This document shows, in pieces, positions 47,367-60,685 of a stretch of 64,000 nt of DNA. Origin of the DNA: Octopus sinensis (lineage: Eukaryota); contig NC_042997.1 in assembly GCF_006345805.1 (NCBI RefSeq), positions 67,394,001 to 67,458,000 of the forward strand, written 5' to 3'. The notes under the pieces were generated by a model. It had not been told where the DNA came from. It saw only the letters and a program-made list of their open reading frames with translations, and made no database searches. Both the position numbers and the translations under genes were made by a program. Within the stretch, counting starts at the first letter, position 1. Every line of letters begins with the position of its first letter.

Positions 47367-48530
47367 TATTGTTATTATTATTATTCAGTAGTCTTATTTT
47401 TGTCACGTGCTTTCACTGCACTACTGATCACTGCTCTTGGGTATGTGCTGTGGTTTGTTGTGGTGCTCTTATTTTCACTGTATTGAAAGTGTTTATGTAG
47501 GATGTGTGCAGTGCCTAGTAGTGCTATTTTCTGTATATTATTTACATCATTTACATTTGACGGATATTTGTCCTCATCTTGTTTGTTGCTAACACGTTTC
47601 GGCTGATATATTCTCCAGCCTTCATCAAGTGTCTTGGGGAAATTTTGAACCTGGGTTCTCATTCCTAAGGTATTTTTCAATGTTATTGCTATTATTCAGG
47701 TCACTGCCTAGAATTGAACTCGGAATTTTGGGGTTTGTAGCCCACGCTCATAACCACTACACCATATGCCTGTCTGGAATCAAACTCAGAATCTTGGGGA
47801 TAGTAGCCCACACTCTTAACCACTATGCTATATGCCTGGGCATATGGCGTAGTGGTTAAGAGTGCAGGTTACTAATCCCAAGATTCCGAGTTGAATTCCA
47901 GGCAGTAACCTGAATAATAATAATAACAACATCGAAAAATACCTAGGAATGAGAACCCAGGTTCAAAATTTCCCCAAGACACCTGATGAAGGCTGGAGAG
48001 TATATCAGCCGAAACATGTTAACAACAAATAAGATGAGGACAAATATCCATCAAATGTTAATAATGTACATAATTCCTCACCTCTCAAATATAGAACTGT
48101 ATTTTCTGTATGTTATGTACATTCATAAGTCCTGTTTAGGTTGTGTAATTTGTCTGAATGTTTTTTAATCATAGCTAATGCACCTATTATGATAGGGATT
48201 GTTTCTGTTTTTAGGCTCCATATTCAGGCTACCTCTATTTCCAGATCTTTGTATTTTGAGAGTTTCTCTCTTTCTTTTAGAGATACATTGTCATCTGTTG
48301 GTATTGATACATTGATTAGAAGGCAATTTTTTCTTGATGATCTCTGACAACTATAACTGGTTATCCTTGATTTCTCTATCTGTATGCATTGGCATATTCC
48401 AGAGTACGGTTGCTTTGTCATTTTTTGAGACCTTTTCTGGAGTGTGCCTATGCCATCTTTTTTCTGTTGTCATTCCATAGTGTTGGCATAGCTTCCAGTG
48501 TATCATTGATAATAATGATAGAAACAGCAG
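47367..48530 (-). mobile_element. R4/Dong-like (restriction-like endonuclease) LINE 3' remnant, split by an insertion
   Basis: HTDREIK..IVVRDHQEKNCLLINVSIPTDDNVSLKEREKLSKYKDLEIEV..IWSLKTETIPIIIGAL (~48400-48150) continues after the insertion as IQKIALLGTAHIL (47545-47500). The 3' end runs into (AAT)n. Confidence 0.8.
47546..48099. mobile_element. Family P head-to-head inverted dimer, copy 2
   Basis: Same arms as 41755-42260, axis ~47837. The left arm has two tandem tRNA-like heads; the right arm has an intact CTGATGA core (47983) and a 34-nt tail (48066-48099). Confidence 0.85.
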
Positions 48531-49224
48531 GACACCAACTTAAATTAATTACACTGTTATGATATGTTATACGTTTTGCTCATGCTCCAGGCATTCAGCT
48601 TTTGCACAGACAGAAACTTCAATGCCAATAGAGATGACAGTTCTTTAAATTCTTCCACCTGTTTCCTGTTGTAACTGCAAAGTATGATTACATCCAACAC
48701 TAATTATGACCACAGGGTAACAGAAACTACCTACTTGCTCTAATGCACACCTGAGCAGTCCATGGATTTTTCATTTCATTGTATACTTATTACTAACTTC
48801 TCCAGTGCATCTATTGCATCTAATGTCTTGGTTGTTGAAACAGTGCTTTGGGAGCTTGTGGTTAAAACATGTATATGAGTAAAGTGAATCTTTTTGAATT
48901 TATGTGTAACAGCTATAGTACCCAGTTGTGTAAGCACAAGAGTGTTCTCACTTCTATTCCCACTTGCTTTTCTAATTTTTTTAATAGTTTGGTCTGGTGG
49001 AGTAGGTGGTGCCTATGGTTCCCTTGAACAACTGTAAAAAATCATGGGCTGAGAGAGGATTCCACAAAGCTAGGGAAGGAAGGATTGGGTATGACTGAAC
49101 ATAATAAAGAGGAAGAGTGATATAACATGAGCTGTGGAGTAGTGGCCAGTATTGAAATGATAGAGGAGATAGCATAATTGAATTATTGATAACAACAATA
49201 ATAATAATGATAATAACTTTTCTC

Positions 49225-49782
49225 TTATAGGCGTAAGGCCTGAAATTTTGGGTGAAAAGGACTACTCTTTTTATCAACCCTGAAAAGATGAAAGGCAGTC
49301 AACTTTGGCAGTATTTGAAATCAGAACATAAAGCATTTTGTCCAGTGTGCTAAAATTCTGCCAGCTCACCACAATGATAATATTAATAATAATGGTTTCA
49401 AATTTTGGCACAGGGCCAGCAGTTTTGGGGAAGGGGCTAAGCTGGTTACATTGACCCTAGTTCTCAACTGGTACTTATTTTATTGACCTCGAAAGGATGA
49501 AAGGCAAAATTGACCTCAGTGGAATTTGAACTCAGAGCATGCAGACAAACGAAATGCTGTAGGTATTTTGCTTGGCGAGATGTTGATAACAAGACCAGAG
49601 AATTAGAGATATGAGATGGTCAATTAAATCAAGTCCAACACTTGACTGTTACTTTATTTCACTAACCCTGGAATAATGAAAGCTAAGTTGACCTATGGTA
49701 GATTTGAACTCAAACGATAGATAGATAGATAGATAGAGGTAGCAAATACTACAAAGCAGTTTCTCCAATGATTCAGCCAATC

Positions 49783-49813
<31 letters not shown>

Positions 49814-50512
49814 AGTAATAATAATAATAATAATGATGATGATGATAATGGTTTTGAATTTTGGCACAAGGCCAGTAATTTCAGGGTGGTGGGTAAGCCA
49901 ATTGCATCAATCCCAGTACTTTACTGGTACTTATTTTATTGACCCCAAAAGGATGAAAGGCAAAGTTGACCTTGGCAGCATTTGAACTTGGAACATAAAG
50001 GTAGACAAAATACTGCTAAACATTTTACCTGGCGTGGTAATAATTCTGCCAGCTCCCTACCTTTAATAATAATAATAATTTCAAATTTTGGCACAAGGTT
50101 AGCAAGTTCAGTGGGGTGATAAATTGATTACATTGACCCCAATATTCAACTGGTACTTATTTTATTGATCCTGAAAGGAGAAAAGGTAAAGTCAACTACA
50201 GTGGAATTTGAATTCAGAATGTAAAAATGGACGAAATGCCACTAAGCATTTTACCCTATGTACTAAAAATTCTGCCATCTCACCACCTTAATAATAATAA
50301 TCTTTCCTGCTATATGCACAAGGCCTGAAATTTGGGAGGAGGGGACTAATCGATTACATCAACCCCAGGACTTGACTGGCATTTATTTCATCGACCCTGA
50401 AAGGATAAAAGGCAAAGTTGACCTCAATGGAATTTGAACTCGGAACATAGCGACACAAAATACTGCTGAGCATTTCACCTGGTGTGCTAATGATTCTGCC
50501 TGCTTACTACCT
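49225..50512 (-). repeat. Head-to-tail array of about six SINE family B copies separated mostly by (AAT)n
   Basis: Copies at ~49225-49372, 49393-49580, 49600-49790, 49848-50065, 50078-50290 and 50300-50512, mutually diverged. Confidence 0.85.
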
Positions 50513-52199
50513 TAATAATAATAATAATACTTATTTTTATAATATTGTGAATGGTAAATTGACAGAAATAATGACTAATGGACTAATTGCTTAAAACATT
50601 TAGTTCCTTCCCTCTACTTTGTGTTCAACTTATTGTTGCTTTAGTAATTTAAGTATCAGTTGTGCATTATGATTTAATAAAATATGTCATTATAATTGCC
50701 CTGTTGTTGTTTGAAATTATTATTATAATTCGGTTATGGTAGTGTAGCAGTAGATTGTTGATGAACCAAAGCTGTGACCTGGTTATGATTCTCCAGTTGG
50801 TTCTGCTTCACTTACATCACTTCTGCTCTTTAAAGTGCATGGTGGATTACACAATTCTAGAATCAATCTCTGAAAAGTCTTGGGCTCCATGTCTAGTTAT
50901 GAAGTCATTATTGGAATTATTAATTAAAAGCATGAATGACTTGATTGGCAAACTATTTGTAGATATCGTATTGCTATTGGCCAAGACAGTTACCTCTCTG
51001 CAGTTAAGTTGCTCTAGCTGTATGTTGGTTGTTATTGTTTCACTCCAGGACAACCCTCATCAAGCAGAACCATGATCAAAGGTATTCTAGTTGTGACCAT
51101 CTTATACTTTTAGGGTTTTCTAGGAACATATCTAAAAAACAATGTGGTGTGATATGCGGGCATATAGTTAAGTCAATGAGGAAGCCTCTGTTCAGTCAAA
51201 TAATTGTGTAGGGACTCCCTTGATGAGTCACTCTATATAGGTACCTCAGGATTGCATAGATTGCCAATAAGATAAAAATACTAAGTGTTTTACAAGGTGT
51301 CAAAGTTGTACTGAACACACACTCTCACTCCTGCTCCCCCTCTCTTTCCCTCTTCTCCCGCTCTCCCCCCTCTCTCTCACACACAAACACTTCCTATAGA
51401 AATATCCTCAAATATAGTTAAACAATCTCTCTGCTTGTATTTTATAAAATACAAAAGATTAAGGGAATCAAATATAACAGAAAGCTCAGAAATGTAGACT
51501 TTAATTCAACCAGATAAGTACTTGGCCTGCTTCCTGAAGCTCCTACAGCCAAACTAATGCCAGTGTTGAGCTTTTTTTATTTCTTTGGTTATTTTCAAGA
51601 CTGAGACTGAAATAGAAAGAGATATCCAGACACCTAAAGAGCATAGGGTTTCCATGCATAATAATGCCCATGGTTCCACCTTGGAAATCTTTCCTGAACC
51701 ATTTGTCTATAGTCAATTAGAAAAGTTTTCATTGTAGTAAAAGAAAACAACTCGAAATCATTAAAACAAAGAAAACCAGTAGTATAGAAACAATTCTTAG
51801 TAGCTGAAGGCAAAAACACTTTTGACACCCACTAACACCTTAACAATCATAATAGGCCAAAAAATTTTGCACCCTTTCACACCTGAGCCCAGAGGAAAGC
51901 AGGAGGAGGAAAGTTGTCTTGCCTTATATCCCCTTGCTACATCTTTGTGAAAGACACAAGGAGAGTTGCCAATATTTGCCATAAGGTTGCAGAATTTCTA
52001 TCACAATGAAGCTTAAGATAATTTTCCACTAAACTCTTCAGCTATGTAATGATCCAATAACATATTCTACCATGTGCAATTGCCTCAGGATTCCATTAAA
52101 AAAATTCTTTACTACCTTAAGTAATGGTTCAATATAAATTCCAAAACAAGCTACAAGTGTGACTGATAATAAAATTCAACCATATCCATCATCCCTGTA

Positions 52200-52465
52200 C
52201 TAAAAGGGTAAAGATCCCTTTCAGTCATGTATGACCATGGGATTGCACCTAGAAAGTTACCTCTGAGGCACAAGTCCAGGCAGAGTTGTTACGGAAGTCC
52301 AGCAGTTACCTGTACATACCAGCCCCTCCTCTCCATGCCATTAATGTTATCCAAGGCAAAGACAAACTTGATACAGGTGAACTGGAGCAACATGAAATAA
52401 AGTGTCTTGCTCAAGAACACAATACACAGCCTGGTCTGGGAATTAACCACTGAGCCATGCGCCTG
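52200..52465 (-). mobile_element. tRNA-derived SINE-like element (further family)
   Basis: Minus-strand head aggcgcatggctcagtggtta; internal gtgttcttgagcaagacactt core. Confidence 0.55.
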
Positions 52466-53749
52466 TACAATCTATATGATATAACTTTGGATTTGTTTGA
52501 TATTTTATTATTCTGCATTCAGATATTTCCAAATTCATAATTATCAACGTAAAGCACCTAAATTATTATGGTAGGCATAATCAGCTAGTTACTGACACAC
52601 ATACACACTTTACATAATTCCCTTACACATGCAGGGACTGGACGCCAGAACCATATAACCCCCCACCTCTCATACATGCAATATTTACAAGCAGGTAAAA
52701 ATCAATAGCCATCTGTTGTCTGTGTTTTCCACTTCATAATATATATATTACACAGTGACAACTGGCTTGGCCAATAGGGAAACAACAAATGTGATGGAAC
52801 TAGTTTTTTTGTTTTTTTCCTTCAATGATTTACGTTGGGAAGAACGGACTGCTCACATGATTTGTGCATTCTCTTCAACACTGGCCAAGTTGATATGGCT
52901 GGTGTTCAGTTCGAACAGCTGCTAGTTAATACCTGAAAGAGAAAGACAAAGGAGATCCAGGAGATCAATGTCTTGGAAGGATTAGGAAAAAGCACATGTA
53001 CAGAAAGAGAGGGTGCATAAGTGTGAGAGAGAAACATTAAACGGAATTGAAAATGAATTCAATTGACATACAATGAACCATCTCTACATAGACATAAGAA
53101 AAATAGACACCACATAATGAGTGAAAAAGTGAAGAAGGAAATAAGCAGAAAGAGTTCAAATGAAGTTATCTCTCTTTATATGATGAAGAAACAGCAAAAG
53201 TTTTATTAACAGAAAAAATTGCTATGCTAATTTATCCAAAATATAACTTATTTCAGTTTTTCATTTGACACTTATTAACGATTCTCAGGATGATAGTTGT
53301 TATGTTGAGTAAAAGCAATTTTTATGGCACTAAAACATCTAATACCAAATAACCAGCACTCACAAATACACATTGTCTTAATTTGAAATGATGGGTGTAT
53401 CAAAAACTTTTTGTCTTTCTTAAACATTGATGAATTTTCTTATTATTTTAGTGTTTGTAATTTAAATATTTGCACTAAATTTTCCCAGCTGAATGCTTTT
53501 CCAATCACTAATCATTCAACTATGACATGATTTTGGCATCTATTTCCTGTTAATAGTCTGAGACAAACTATTGTGTCTTAGCAAAAGGCAAATCATAATG
53601 GTTCAATTGGAAACTATATGTAATATTCATTACAAAGGCTGTTTCCATTGCTAATAGCAAATATGTATTTATATATATATATATATATCATTGGATGCCT
53701 TGAAGGGTTTTTAGTCCAATGATTCAACCTCAGTACTTTTTTTAAAACC

Positions 53750-53960
53750 TGACACTTATTCTATCAATCTCTTTTGCCAAACTGCTAAGTTACAGGGATA
53801 GACACAAACCATCACTGATTGTTAGTCAGCTGGGAGACAAACATATATGCAAACACTCACACACACATATATACGACCGGGCTTCTATCAATTTCCGTCT
53901 ACCAAAGACACTTACCCAAGGGTCGCATAAGGGTATTGAACCCAGATGTGACTGTTAAGC
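53750..53960 (-). mobile_element. SINE family A, decayed
   Basis: tttccgtctacc..gacacttacccaag...ttgccaaactgctaagttac. Confidence 0.65.
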
Positions 53961-54816
53961 AAACTACTTTACTACATAATTAGGCACATAGTTTATAGTT
54001 GCCACTACAATATCATTTTGAAGCAGTCATAAACTCTTAGACATATCAAAAATACTTGTTGTAGGGCACTCACATATCTATAATATAGGCAGAACTGTAG
54101 CCCATAGGCTATATTTCTTGAATGGGCTAGAAAAATGTTTAGATCCTGTTGTATGAGGGAACTGTAATACGGGGAAATAAGAAATGGTTTGTCTACCTTT
54201 TCATTGTCTATCATCCAGCTGTACTCAATCCAAAACTTGTACCCAGCCTGTGCACCTAACGATAGCAGCTGCTAATACCAGTCCCTCTCAGCTATTTCGC
54301 CTCACGTCTGTTCATTACAAGCAGTTTAGGCAAAAGTGGGTGACCCTGGTCTTCCTTCCCTCACTTCCTCTCTCCCGCTCCCTGTTCCAGTCGAACCCTT
54401 TGACCATTGGTGTTACAACCCTTTCCTTCTGGCTCATCTCATCTCCACATATCCAAACAGTTACAAAGAGTATTACTCAAATATTTATTATGGTGCACCT
54501 ACTATACTCAAGCATTCTGGGCCACATCCCCAGACCTCCTTCTGCCTTAATAGATAAGACTTCTTATGTTGATATGTTGTGTTCATCTGCTATTTTGCAC
54601 TCCCATAACAACATAGTATGCTACTCTGAACTTGCCAACTCTACCAGCTTCATCCAAAACTATGTATCTACCATTTCTGTTGTCATCCCTAATGTATCCT
54701 TTAAACTCATTCCAGTCTTTCCACTTCATGAATCAGACCTACTCAATCTTCCACTCTGCTTTCAATTTCCAATGAACATAACCCTCTAGAATTAAAGCTG
54801 AGTACAGTGCTATTAA

Positions 54817-55033
54817 CCCTTTAGCATTCAGATTATTTTATCATATGTAATGCTTATTTATTCACAGTTTTGAATTAATCATTCATTATCTTGTAGCTTC
54901 AAGATTTCAATGATGTGATTGTAGATATTTAGAATGACATCAGAGAGTAAGTGTGGGAAGCCAGATCTAGTAAGGGTGAACACAAAGAAGTTAGAATATT
55001 TGCACCAGATATGGCCAGTTTAAATGCTAAGAG
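54817..55033. mobile_element. piggyBac-like MITE
   Basis: TTAA flanks; ends ccctttagcatt / aatgctaagag. Confidence 0.65.
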
Positions 55034-55834
55034 TTAAAGGCAATGCTTTCGTCTTAAGACTAATTCTTTTTAATGCCTAGTCCAGTGAAATATAAACATG
55101 TCCATACCAAAATAGCTCAGCAGTGATTGCCACACTTAATCTAAATTCTCTGTTTGGTTGCTATCCATGTCTAGTGAAGCTTTACTTACCTTTGATTTGG
55201 CTACCTCCAGAACTTTCAATTTTATGAAAATTGTTTGAAATGTATTATTGATTTACTATTACTCTTTGTACTACACAGGCTGTAATGTGACATCTGATAT
55301 GTACAAACACTACAGATTGTAGCTGAGTGTGTCATAGGCTAATGTCCACAATTGGATCTGCTTCAAAAGAGTTGACTATAGCTACATGACATTAACAATG
55401 TTGCACCTATAATAGCAAGAACTGAGTTCTTAACAATGTGAACATTGGACTCTCTTTCTCTCTCTCTTTCCCCCTTTCTCTCTCTCTCTATCTCTCTCTC
55501 ATATATATATTATTCAAAGGAATTCCAAATCTGTCTGTTTTTATGTTTTATTTATATTCTTTATAATATTAATGTAGAATATAGAATATATAGTATAAAT
55601 AATATATATTGTAAAATGAAATTAAGTATTGATTGTCTTATTGAATAGATGAAATATTGAATATCAAATATTAAAGGACTAGTATACTTTCTTGCATTAA
55701 AGCAGTCTTCAAGGTCCCAGGTTGTGACAGGAGTGTTTCAACTGTCAACTGAAACACTCCTGTCCACAGGAACATATATAAAGGACAAAAGACAGCCAGT
55801 CAAAAAAACAGAGTTGAAATTCCTTTGAATAATA

Positions 55835-55888
<54 letters not shown>

Positions 55889-55889
<1 letters not shown>

Positions 55890-57174
55890 TGGGTTTGGAC
55901 AAAATCATCGAAACACCTTAAAATTTCAAACAAATTTATTTTAATATAGGGTAGGACCACCTTTGGCAGCAATTACAATTACATCTTCAATTCTATGAGG
56001 TATGGACTCGTACAAAGTTTGAATTGTTTCTAAAGGAATTTTTGTCCGTTCTTCAGCTAAAACAGTCTTTAGTTCATGTAGTGATGATGGTGGAGGATAT
56101 CGACTCCTTACTTGTTTTTCTTTTCTAAAATGCACCATAAATGTTCAATAATATTGCGATCTGGGGACTGTGGTGGCCAAATAAGATATTCAACTTCACT
56201 AGAATGTTCCTTGTGCCATTCAATAACAACTTTAGCTGTGTGAATTGGTGCATTATCATCCTGAAAGATTGTATTTCCCTCCAGAAACAATTCCACAGCT
56301 ATAGGATGAATCTGATCAGATAAAATGCTTAAATAGTCTTGACTATTAATTCTGCCATGGAGGGAAACCATTGGGCCGGCAGATTTCCAAGATATAGCTG
56401 GTGCCCCCCCCCCCCACACACACACACATCCCCAATCCTCACAGATCCTTTTCCCATGTTTAATATTTGGAAGAAGGCTGTCCGGGTCAAATGCTACTTT
56501 TGGCTGTCTCCACACATACACTCTGCCAGTGGTCAGAAATAAGGTAAAGGATGACTCATCCGAGAAAATAACATTCTTTCACTCCTTAGGGACCAATTCT
56601 GTACGTTTTTTACTACACTCTAAATGCTTTGCAACATCTGTTTCTGAAAGTAGTAATTTTCTTGTACAGCCCTCTCATGAAATCCGGCATTGTGCAGCTC
56701 CCGGTGAACAGTTTTTGTGGAAACTGGGCTCTTGAGGTAGTCATTAAGCTCTGCAGTAATTTTGGAAGCTGTACTTTTGTGATCCTTTCTAATAATTCAC
56801 ATAAGAGTCCAATGGCCCTATCTGAAAGTTTTGGTTTTCTTCCGGAGTTTTGTTTCTCAAAGGTTATCATTACTTTTGAGACAGTAGTTCTCGATATACT
56901 AAACATTTCAGCTGCTTTCATTACACTAGTGCCTGCCATAAGAGCACCAATAATTTCACTTCTTTGAAAGTCTGATAGACCTGTCATTATAATGAATTTT
57001 AATTACCTTTTTGTGATGATATCTGGAAAGAAACAACAAAATTTTAGCAAAACATTAAGCAACACTAATAATAAATCAAAAAACAAAAATAAACAAGCTT
57101 TTGATGGTTTTATAGATATTTCAAAATTATGATGTTATGATGCTAGGTGTTTCCATTATTTTGTCCAATCCCTA
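55889..57174 (-). mobile_element. Tc1-family (DD34E) element, decayed transposase
   Basis: Imperfect ~29-bp TIRs (gggtttggacaaaatcatcgaaacacc / ggtgtttccattattttgtccaatccc). Fragments MTGLSDFQRSEIIGA (56987), FQDDNAPIHTAK, SPDRNIIEHLW and AAKGGPTLY*. Confidence 0.88.
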
Positions 57175-57270
57175 TATGTACGCTTATATGTATTAAACAG
57201 TATGGGTTTATTTTTTTATGAATTTGTATTTTTATATTTGCAACTAATTGTTGTTTTAATTATCTTTTAG

Positions 57271-57431
57271 TTATCTAATTGAACGTGGAGTTTGTTACTT
57301 GGTTTTATGTGAAAAAGTATTTTCCAAGAGGCTTGCCTTTTTGTATCTAGAAGAATTACAAGGAGAATTTTCCTTACAGTATGGAAAGAAAGTGGACACT
57401 GTTTCTCGGCCTTATCATTTCATTGAATTTG
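57271..57431 (+). CDS. SEC22B: SEC22b exon 3
   Basis: ttttag| acceptor; [53 protein letters not shown]; g|gtaagt donor; 161 nt. Confidence 0.95.
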
Positions 57432-57599
57432 GTAAGTAGCTTTATTTATTGAGTGATGTCTGCACAATATGTAACTTCTCCAGAATCTTACATATTATGG
57501 TCTTAATAGCTATGCAACCCTGGAAATTTTGTCAAGTGTGTCAGTTTTGTCTGGTATATGTGCAAGCATAGCAGTGTAGTAAAGAAGTTTGCTTCCCAA

Positions 57600-58830
57600 C
57601 CCATCACCAAGATCATTTAACATCCGTAAGGGACCATGCTTTTACTTAGCTTGATGTGTCTTTTCAAGCACAGCAAACTTCCAGGAGTCTCAATCCCCTC
57701 TGTGAGTCCCAACGTTTGTAGATCCTTTCTCAACACTTCATCCCATATATTCCTGGGTTTACCCCTTCCACATGTTCCCTTTACAATTAGAGATGAAACA
57801 GTCCTTATTCATATGCATTACATGGCCATGCCAGCATAGTCTTCTCTCCTGCATACTATATCTGATGCTATACCCAGTTTTTCTCTCAAATCACTTATAC
57901 TGTCATATATGCACACTGACATTACCCATCCAGCTAAGCATACTGACTTCACTTCTTTCAAGTCTTTGTATATCCTCAGTAGTCACAACTCATATCTCAC
58001 TGTCATGTAGCATAACTGTCTGTACACAGGCAGCATACAATCTACCTTTCACTCTGAGGGAGAGGCCCTTTGTTACTAATAGAGGTAGTAGCTCTCTGAA
58101 CTTTACTCAGCTTATTCTTATTCTAGCAGCTGTGCTTTTGGAACAACCTCCCCCACTACTAACTTGGTTACCTGAGTAACAGAAACTGTCTACTATTTCT
58201 AGGGATCTCTGCTGACATATGGGGGTGTCTGTGTTTTTGTACATTCCTGGTGTTTAATGTACCTGTACACCTGCTACATGTAAAGACTAGTTTTTCTACT
58301 AGTTGTCCAGTGATACTGCTGCACCTCTTATGTGTACATAGCTTGCACTGGGTACACCTTATGGAGTTTCTCTAGACACCTTGTCTACATATCAAGCAAG
58401 GCCATCTCCTTAAAGGTACCTGCAATTTGTTTGTTTTCCTACTTATCAGTACTTTGGTCTTTGCTATGTTAACTCTAAGACCCTTTGATTCCAAATCTTG
58501 CTTCCACACCTGAAATTTCTTCTCTAGTCTGGTAGTGATTCAGCATAGAGAAGCTCCCAGGAGCAGTCAGTCTTAAGTTCCGAAGTTATAGCTTGGGGGA
58601 CCATGATAAATAAGAGGGTGCTAAGAACTGGCCCCTGGTGGACTCTTACTTCTGCACTAAATTCCTTGTTATACTTATTGGTTATTCTCACTTTACAAAT
58701 GACATCCCTGTACATGACTTCCACAGCTCTCACTAATCACTCATCTATCCTTAGCTTTCACATTGCCCACTAGATAAGGGAGCTTGTCAAAGGCCTTCTC
58801 CATGTCAACAAAAGCCAGAAACAGGTTTAT
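57600..58830 (-). mobile_element. Decayed RTE-clade LINE RT fragment
   Basis: LAFVDMEKAF, VRVHQGPVLSTLLFIMV and WELLYA remnants; 3' end ...gttaaatgatc. Confidence 0.75.
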
Positions 58831-58849
58831 TGTTTCAAATTCAGTTCTA

Positions 58850-59185
58850 CTGCATTGCACCATGGGCAAATGTCTTCTACTATAGCCCTGGGCCAACCAA
58901 AGCCTTATTTAATAGATTTGGTAGACAGAAACTGAAAGAAGTGTGTGTGCGTGCATGCATGCATGCATTACTGTCTCCTTACCTTGACATTGCATGATTA
59001 TCGTGAGTGTCACTATCATGCAGGCAGTGACCTTTGTTTCCAATTTTCTGAGATATGCCTGGTCATGAGGAAATATTACCGTACTTGAAACAGGTGAGGG
59101 TTAGTGATAGGAAAGGCATTTAACCATAGGAAAATTTGCTTCTATGAATTCCATCCAATCCATATGAGCATGGAAAAGTGGACAT
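58850..59185 (+). mobile_element. SINE family A fragment followed by a related element with an RTE-type (GAT)n tail
   Basis: atgggcaaatgtcttctactatagcc...; ends ggaaaagtggacattaaatgatgatgatg. Confidence 0.6.
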
Positions 59186-59277
59186 TAAATGATGATGATG
59201 AACCAGTAATGAGAAAAACATTTAGAGCATGTAAAAACTAAGACATCATGCTATCATTAAGATCTGAAATCTAAAAT

Positions 59278-59460
59278 CATCATCATCGTTAACATTTAGC
59301 ATTTTCCATGCTGGCATGGGATGGATGACTTGACAGGAAGTGACAAGCTCACAGGCTGCACCAGGTTTCGTAGCCTGTTTTTGCATGGTTTCTATGGCTG
59401 GATGCCCTTCCTGACACCAACCACTTTACAGAGTGTACTGGGTACTTTTTATGTGGCACC
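59278..59460 (-). mobile_element. Family C retroposon
   Basis: catcatcatcgttaac...ttttccatgctggcatggg...tttatgtggcacc. Confidence 0.75.
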
Positions 59461-60524
59461 TTGCTTTTAGGATCTCAATTCTGGTGTGGTGGGTGGGTCT
59501 TCTCAAATACAGCAATGCACCACATATCTCAATCCTGTCATCTCCTTCGTAACATTCAACATTTTCAGATTGGCCTTCAATACTTAGTTCTATGTTTTCC
59601 TGTGCCTGATCTTACTAAAATCTTATGGCTTCACATATGTGAAGTTACGGTTTGTCAGCAATTCATAGAAACCACTGTTACGGTGTTTTGATTTAGTTTG
59701 TCATAAACAATTAGTCCAAGTGAGTTGGTTTGTTTACATGAACTTTAAGATAAGAATAGTTAAAGCCAAAGAGTCATTTATGTATATAGATAAGAGAAAA
59801 TATTGCTGCAGATTTTGAGAAAAACAATATCCACAAAACTCAAAGCAGATAATAATTTATTTATTGTTGTCCACAATGTTATGATTACACTTCTGTTATT
59901 TTAAGTCATTTGTCAGACATTCAACAAAGAATCCTCCACAAAATACAAAAGCAGTGTTTAAAACTGTAACAACCATTCTTTGTACTTAGCATGTCTTTGT
60001 ACTACAAGTCAGGAAACAACAGTTCTTTATTAACTGTGTTTCTGGTACAATTGAAGCCATTTATGGTTTCTTTATTCATTCAGCAACTCAGATGACCTGG
60101 AACAGGAACTTAAGGTTTCCATCAAGCTTGAATTAGGAAAACACTTCACCTCACTAAATGAAAGAGAAGTAATGAATATTGTACATGAAAAACTATATGA
60201 GTTGCCAGAAATGTAAATGTAGCTGAAAACAAAATGTGGAGCTTGTAATATTCTGTAACCTGTTTTCATTTGATTTTCTTATGCTCTTGCATTTTGAGAG
60301 GATTCTTTTAACATTTAACAACATTCACTAGATACAAGGAAAGGCATGGCTGTCTGGTTAAGGAGCGGGCTTTGAAAGTGTGTGATTAGGGGTTCAGCTA
60401 CTCTTGTATGGACACTGTCAACTTGTATTCTCCACTATTGCCACATGTTGACCAGTATTTTGTGAGGGAAATTGGAAAAAGCTTATTGTGTGTGTATGTA
60501 TATCACCTTTATCAATTAACTCCT

Positions 60525-60635
60525 GTTTTCCATGCTGGCATGGGTTGGACAGTTTGGCAGGAGCTGGCCAGCCAGAAGCCTGCACCAGGCTTCACTGTCT
60601 GTTTTGGCATGATTTTTACGGCTGGATGCCTTTAA
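60525..60635 (-). mobile_element. Family C retroposon, partial, followed by a (TG)n microsatellite
   Basis: ttttccatgctggcatgggttggacag...ggctggatgcc; (TG)n at ~60647-60695. Confidence 0.75.
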
Positions 60636-60646
60636 TACCAATCACC

Positions 60647-60685
<39 letters not shown>

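Noticed and set aside
51080-51170. Minus-strand FFRYVPRKP*KY resembling the piggyBac transposase YxPxKPxKYG motif
   Set aside because: Single short motif with a stop, no other catalytic motifs or TTAA-bounded ends identified.
54184-54789. 201-aa plus-strand ORF
   Set aside because: No recognisable domain; lies in SEC22B intron 2; most likely the antisense shadow of an old RTE-like remnant.
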